From: Candidatus Latescibacterota bacterium
GTDB lineage: Bacteria; Latescibacterota; UBA2968
Direction of reading: 5' to 3'
NCBI GenBank assembly: GCA_965205975.1
Contig: OZ242195.1
Coordinates: forward strand, 64,001 to 128,000
Length of the DNA stretch: 64,000 nucleotides
The notes beneath the pieces were generated by a model, which made no database searches, was not told the origin of the DNA, and was given only the letters and a program-made list of their open reading frames with translations. Both the position numbers and the translations under genes were made by a program. Shown one piece after another: positions 61,897 through 64,000 of this stretch. The stretch's first letter is position 1, and every line of letters begins with the position of its first letter.

Positions 61897-63120
61897 ATGA
61901 AAATCACCGATATTGAAGCCATTCCGATTGCGATGCCATTGGCAAAACGCTATGACAACCACCACGGGCGCACGCGTATGTATGATATCGATCAGCATGT
62001 GGTGGTCAAAATCCATACGGATAACGGCTTGATTGGCTATGGCGATTACGAAGACCGTTCTGCGATTGCGTCCGAGGAAATAGAGCCGTTGATCGGCCGC
62101 AATCCCTTTGACTTTTTGCACAATAATTTCAATATGGCTCTTGGCATGGCACTCTACGATGTCATGGGCAAATACCTCGAAGTGCCTGCCTATAAGCTCC
62201 TGGGGCAAAAGGTGAGAGATGCCGTGCCTGCGGCGGCATGGACGCGGCCCTGTTCACCCGAAGTGTTTGCCGGAGAAATCCAGCGCGCTGCCGACCAGGG
62301 GTATCGCATTTTCAAGATGCATTCCGACGCGCGATATGATGTTATTGCACAAACGCGGGCCGCTGCCGAGGTCGCGCCAGAGGGCTTTAAACTCCACTGG
62401 GACTTTAATCACAACCGCACAATGGGTGTTGTGCTTCCCATTGTTGCTGAACTCGAACGCAATTATCCGGTGGTCGGTTTTATCGAAGACCCGCTGCCCT
62501 GGGCCGATATTGATGGCTGGCGCACATTGAGACAAAAAACGCAACTGCCGCTTATCATGCACAATCCCCAACTCGGCGGCATGCAGGAAGTCCTGCACGG
62601 CACTGCTGATATTTATATGATTGGTGGTCGCATTGGCGATACTATGCGAAAGGGATTTGCGTACGGTCAGGCCAATATCCAGACGCTTCTGCAGCAATCG
62701 GGCAATACCCTCATGAAAGCTTTTACGTTGCATCAGGCGGCGGTCTTGCCCACGGCAACAGCGCATATTATCACCCTTGACGATCAATACGAAGACGATA
62801 TTACCACGTCGCAACTGCTACCGACTGAAGGTTTTTGCCGTGTACCCGAAGGTGCGGGGCTCGGTGTTGAGGTCGATGAAGAGAAACTCAAGCAGGCCGC
62901 CCAACGCACACATATTCCCAAACTCGATGTCATTGGTGTGCTCCACCTGCCTTACGGACGCAAGTATTATACCCGTGGCGAACCCAATGTTACAAATCTT
63001 ACTGGTTTTGAAGAAGGCGCATTGCGGGGTATCCATTGCGAACGCCTCGTCAGAGGCGAATCTCCCGACTTTGAGCGCGTTCAAAAGCGGCTCGAAGAGG
63101 AGGGGCCATTTGTGGAGTAA
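61897..63120 (+). CDS. Mandelate racemase/muconate lactonizing (enolase superfamily) protein
   Basis: MKITDIE, MALYDVMGK, FKMH, WDFN, IEDP, GLGVEVDE. Confidence 0.88.
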   Translation: MKITDIEAIPIAMPLAKRYDNHHGRTRMYDIDQHVVVKIHTDNGLIGYGDYEDRSAIASEEIEPLIGRNPFDFLHNNFNMALGMALYDVMGKYLEVPAYKLLGQKVRDAVPAAAWTRPCSPEVFAGEIQRAADQGYRIFKMHSDARYDVIAQTRAAAEVAPEGFKLHWDFNHNRTMGVVLPIVAELERNYPVVGFIEDPLPWADIDGWRTLRQKTQLPLIMHNPQLGGMQEVLHGTADIYMIGGRIGDTMRKGFAYGQANIQTLLQQSGNTLMKAFTLHQAAVLPTATAHIITLDDQYEDDITTSQLLPTEGFCRVPEGAGLGVEVDEEKLKQAAQRTHIPKLDVIGVLHLPYGRKYYTRGEPNVTNLTGFEEGALRGIHCERLVRGESPDFERVQKRLEEEGPFVE

Positions 63121-63126
63121 AAAAGA

Positions 63127-63158
63127 AACAGGACATCTCTGTAGTGAAATGTCCTGTT
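63127..63158. terminator. Hairpin between convergent genes
   Basis: AACAGGACAT/ATGTCCTGTT stem. Confidence 0.65.
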
Positions 63159-63183
63159 GTGTTGCGGGCTGTATTATGCAATT

Positions 63184-64000
63184 TTAAAAGAATCGATCTG
63201 TATCGCGAGGTGGCGTGGTGACGAAAGATACGAGGATGAGAATGAGCGCGGAAACAGGGACGATAATGCCAGCGGGGATTAAGCCGGTTCCGCCAATACT
63301 GTACGCGCCTTCTACATTCAGGGAATCTGCATAAAAAAATAACCACAGACCAATTACACTCAAGATTGCCGCGGTTGCGCCCTGCTTTGTGCTGCGTTTC
63401 CAGTATAGTGCGCCGACAAATACAGGTACCAGTCCCGCGAAACCCGTGAGTGACCAGGCGCCGAGTTCAAAGATTGACCGCGTTGTAAATAGCGATGCGA
63501 CAAAGGCCAGGACGAGGAATGCAGCGACAAATAGACGCCCGAACAAAATCTGCTGTTTTTCGGACAACTGGTTGTCAAAACCGTAAAATCGCACAATATC
63601 TTCAGTAAACATCGCGCCCAGGGCAAGGGTTTGAGAGTCGAGCGAAGACATAATTGCCGCAAAAACACCTGCCGCCAGGCATCCTGCCAGCACGCCGCCC
63701 GTATGTGCCAGAATTAATTCAATCAAAATGGGACCGTTCAGTGGTGCTGTAAAATCAATGCGACCGACCATTCCCAGGGTGACGCTGGGTACCCACACGG
63801 CGGCGATACACAGGGGATAGAATACTATGGGCGTTTGAAATGACCGCGCAGTTCGCGCAGAGAGCCAATGGCCGTAAATATGGGGAAATGCAGCGACACT
63901 GATGGGTAGCATGAGATAGGAGAGTATTTTGAATACGGTGTAAGAGCCGCTGCCAAAAACCACAAATTCGGGGTGCGTATCGCGTAGCGTTGCCATAGCC
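63184..64000 (-). CDS. Sodium:solute symporter (3' part; 5' end outside window)
   Basis: AAIMSSLDSQ, LYWKRSTKQGA, multiple TM segments. Confidence 0.9.
   Translation of the reverse strand, partial: AMATLRDTHPEFVVFGSGSYTVFKILSYLMLPISVAAFPHIYGHWLSARTARSFQTPIVFYPLCIAAVWVPSVTLGMVGRIDFTAPLNGPILIELILAHTGGVLAGCLAAGVFAAIMSSLDSQTLALGAMFTEDIVRFYGFDNQLSEKQQILFGRLFVAAFLVLAFVASLFTTRSIFELGAWSLTGFAGLVPVFVGALYWKRSTKQGATAAILSVIGLWLFFYADSLNVEGAYSIGGTGLIPAGIIVPVSALILILVSFVTTPPRDTDRFF

Overview
A gene-dense bacterial chromosome segment with about 55 CDS. I recognised no rRNA, tRNA, CRISPR array, transposase or integrase. Housekeeping genes (carA partial, pyrC, parE/parC, gltB/gltD, ferredoxin, a siroheme nitrite/sulfite reductase, moaA, smc, rraA, NUDIX) are interspersed with many catabolic enzymes: 3 Cys-type sulfatases, a CE15 esterase, UxuA-like, GH113-like, 2 enolase-superfamily proteins, 2 aldo/keto reductases, Gfo/Idh/MocA, PhyH and JmjC oxygenases and a LarA-like protein. 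This profile recalls uncultured Latescibacterota/Poribacteria-type heterotrophs (inference only). Top finding: an AbgB/M20D amidohydrolase (46137-47459) split by one in-frame TGA exactly at the metal-binding Cys of the GHGCGHN motif, followed by a SECIS-like hairpin, making it a candidate selenocysteine-containing metallohydrolase. Other notable items: a cassette-accretion hotspot built on a duplicated gene end and terminator (48418-50381), carrying a HEPN fragment next to a putative toxin plus EF-Tu-domain-3-like partner; a fused DUF4160-DUF2442 toxin-antitoxin-like gene; an orphan adenine methyltransferase inserted between parE and parC; and a dispersed family of 10-bp CGCAGAT repeats. All family calls come from motif recognition by eye, not database searches.
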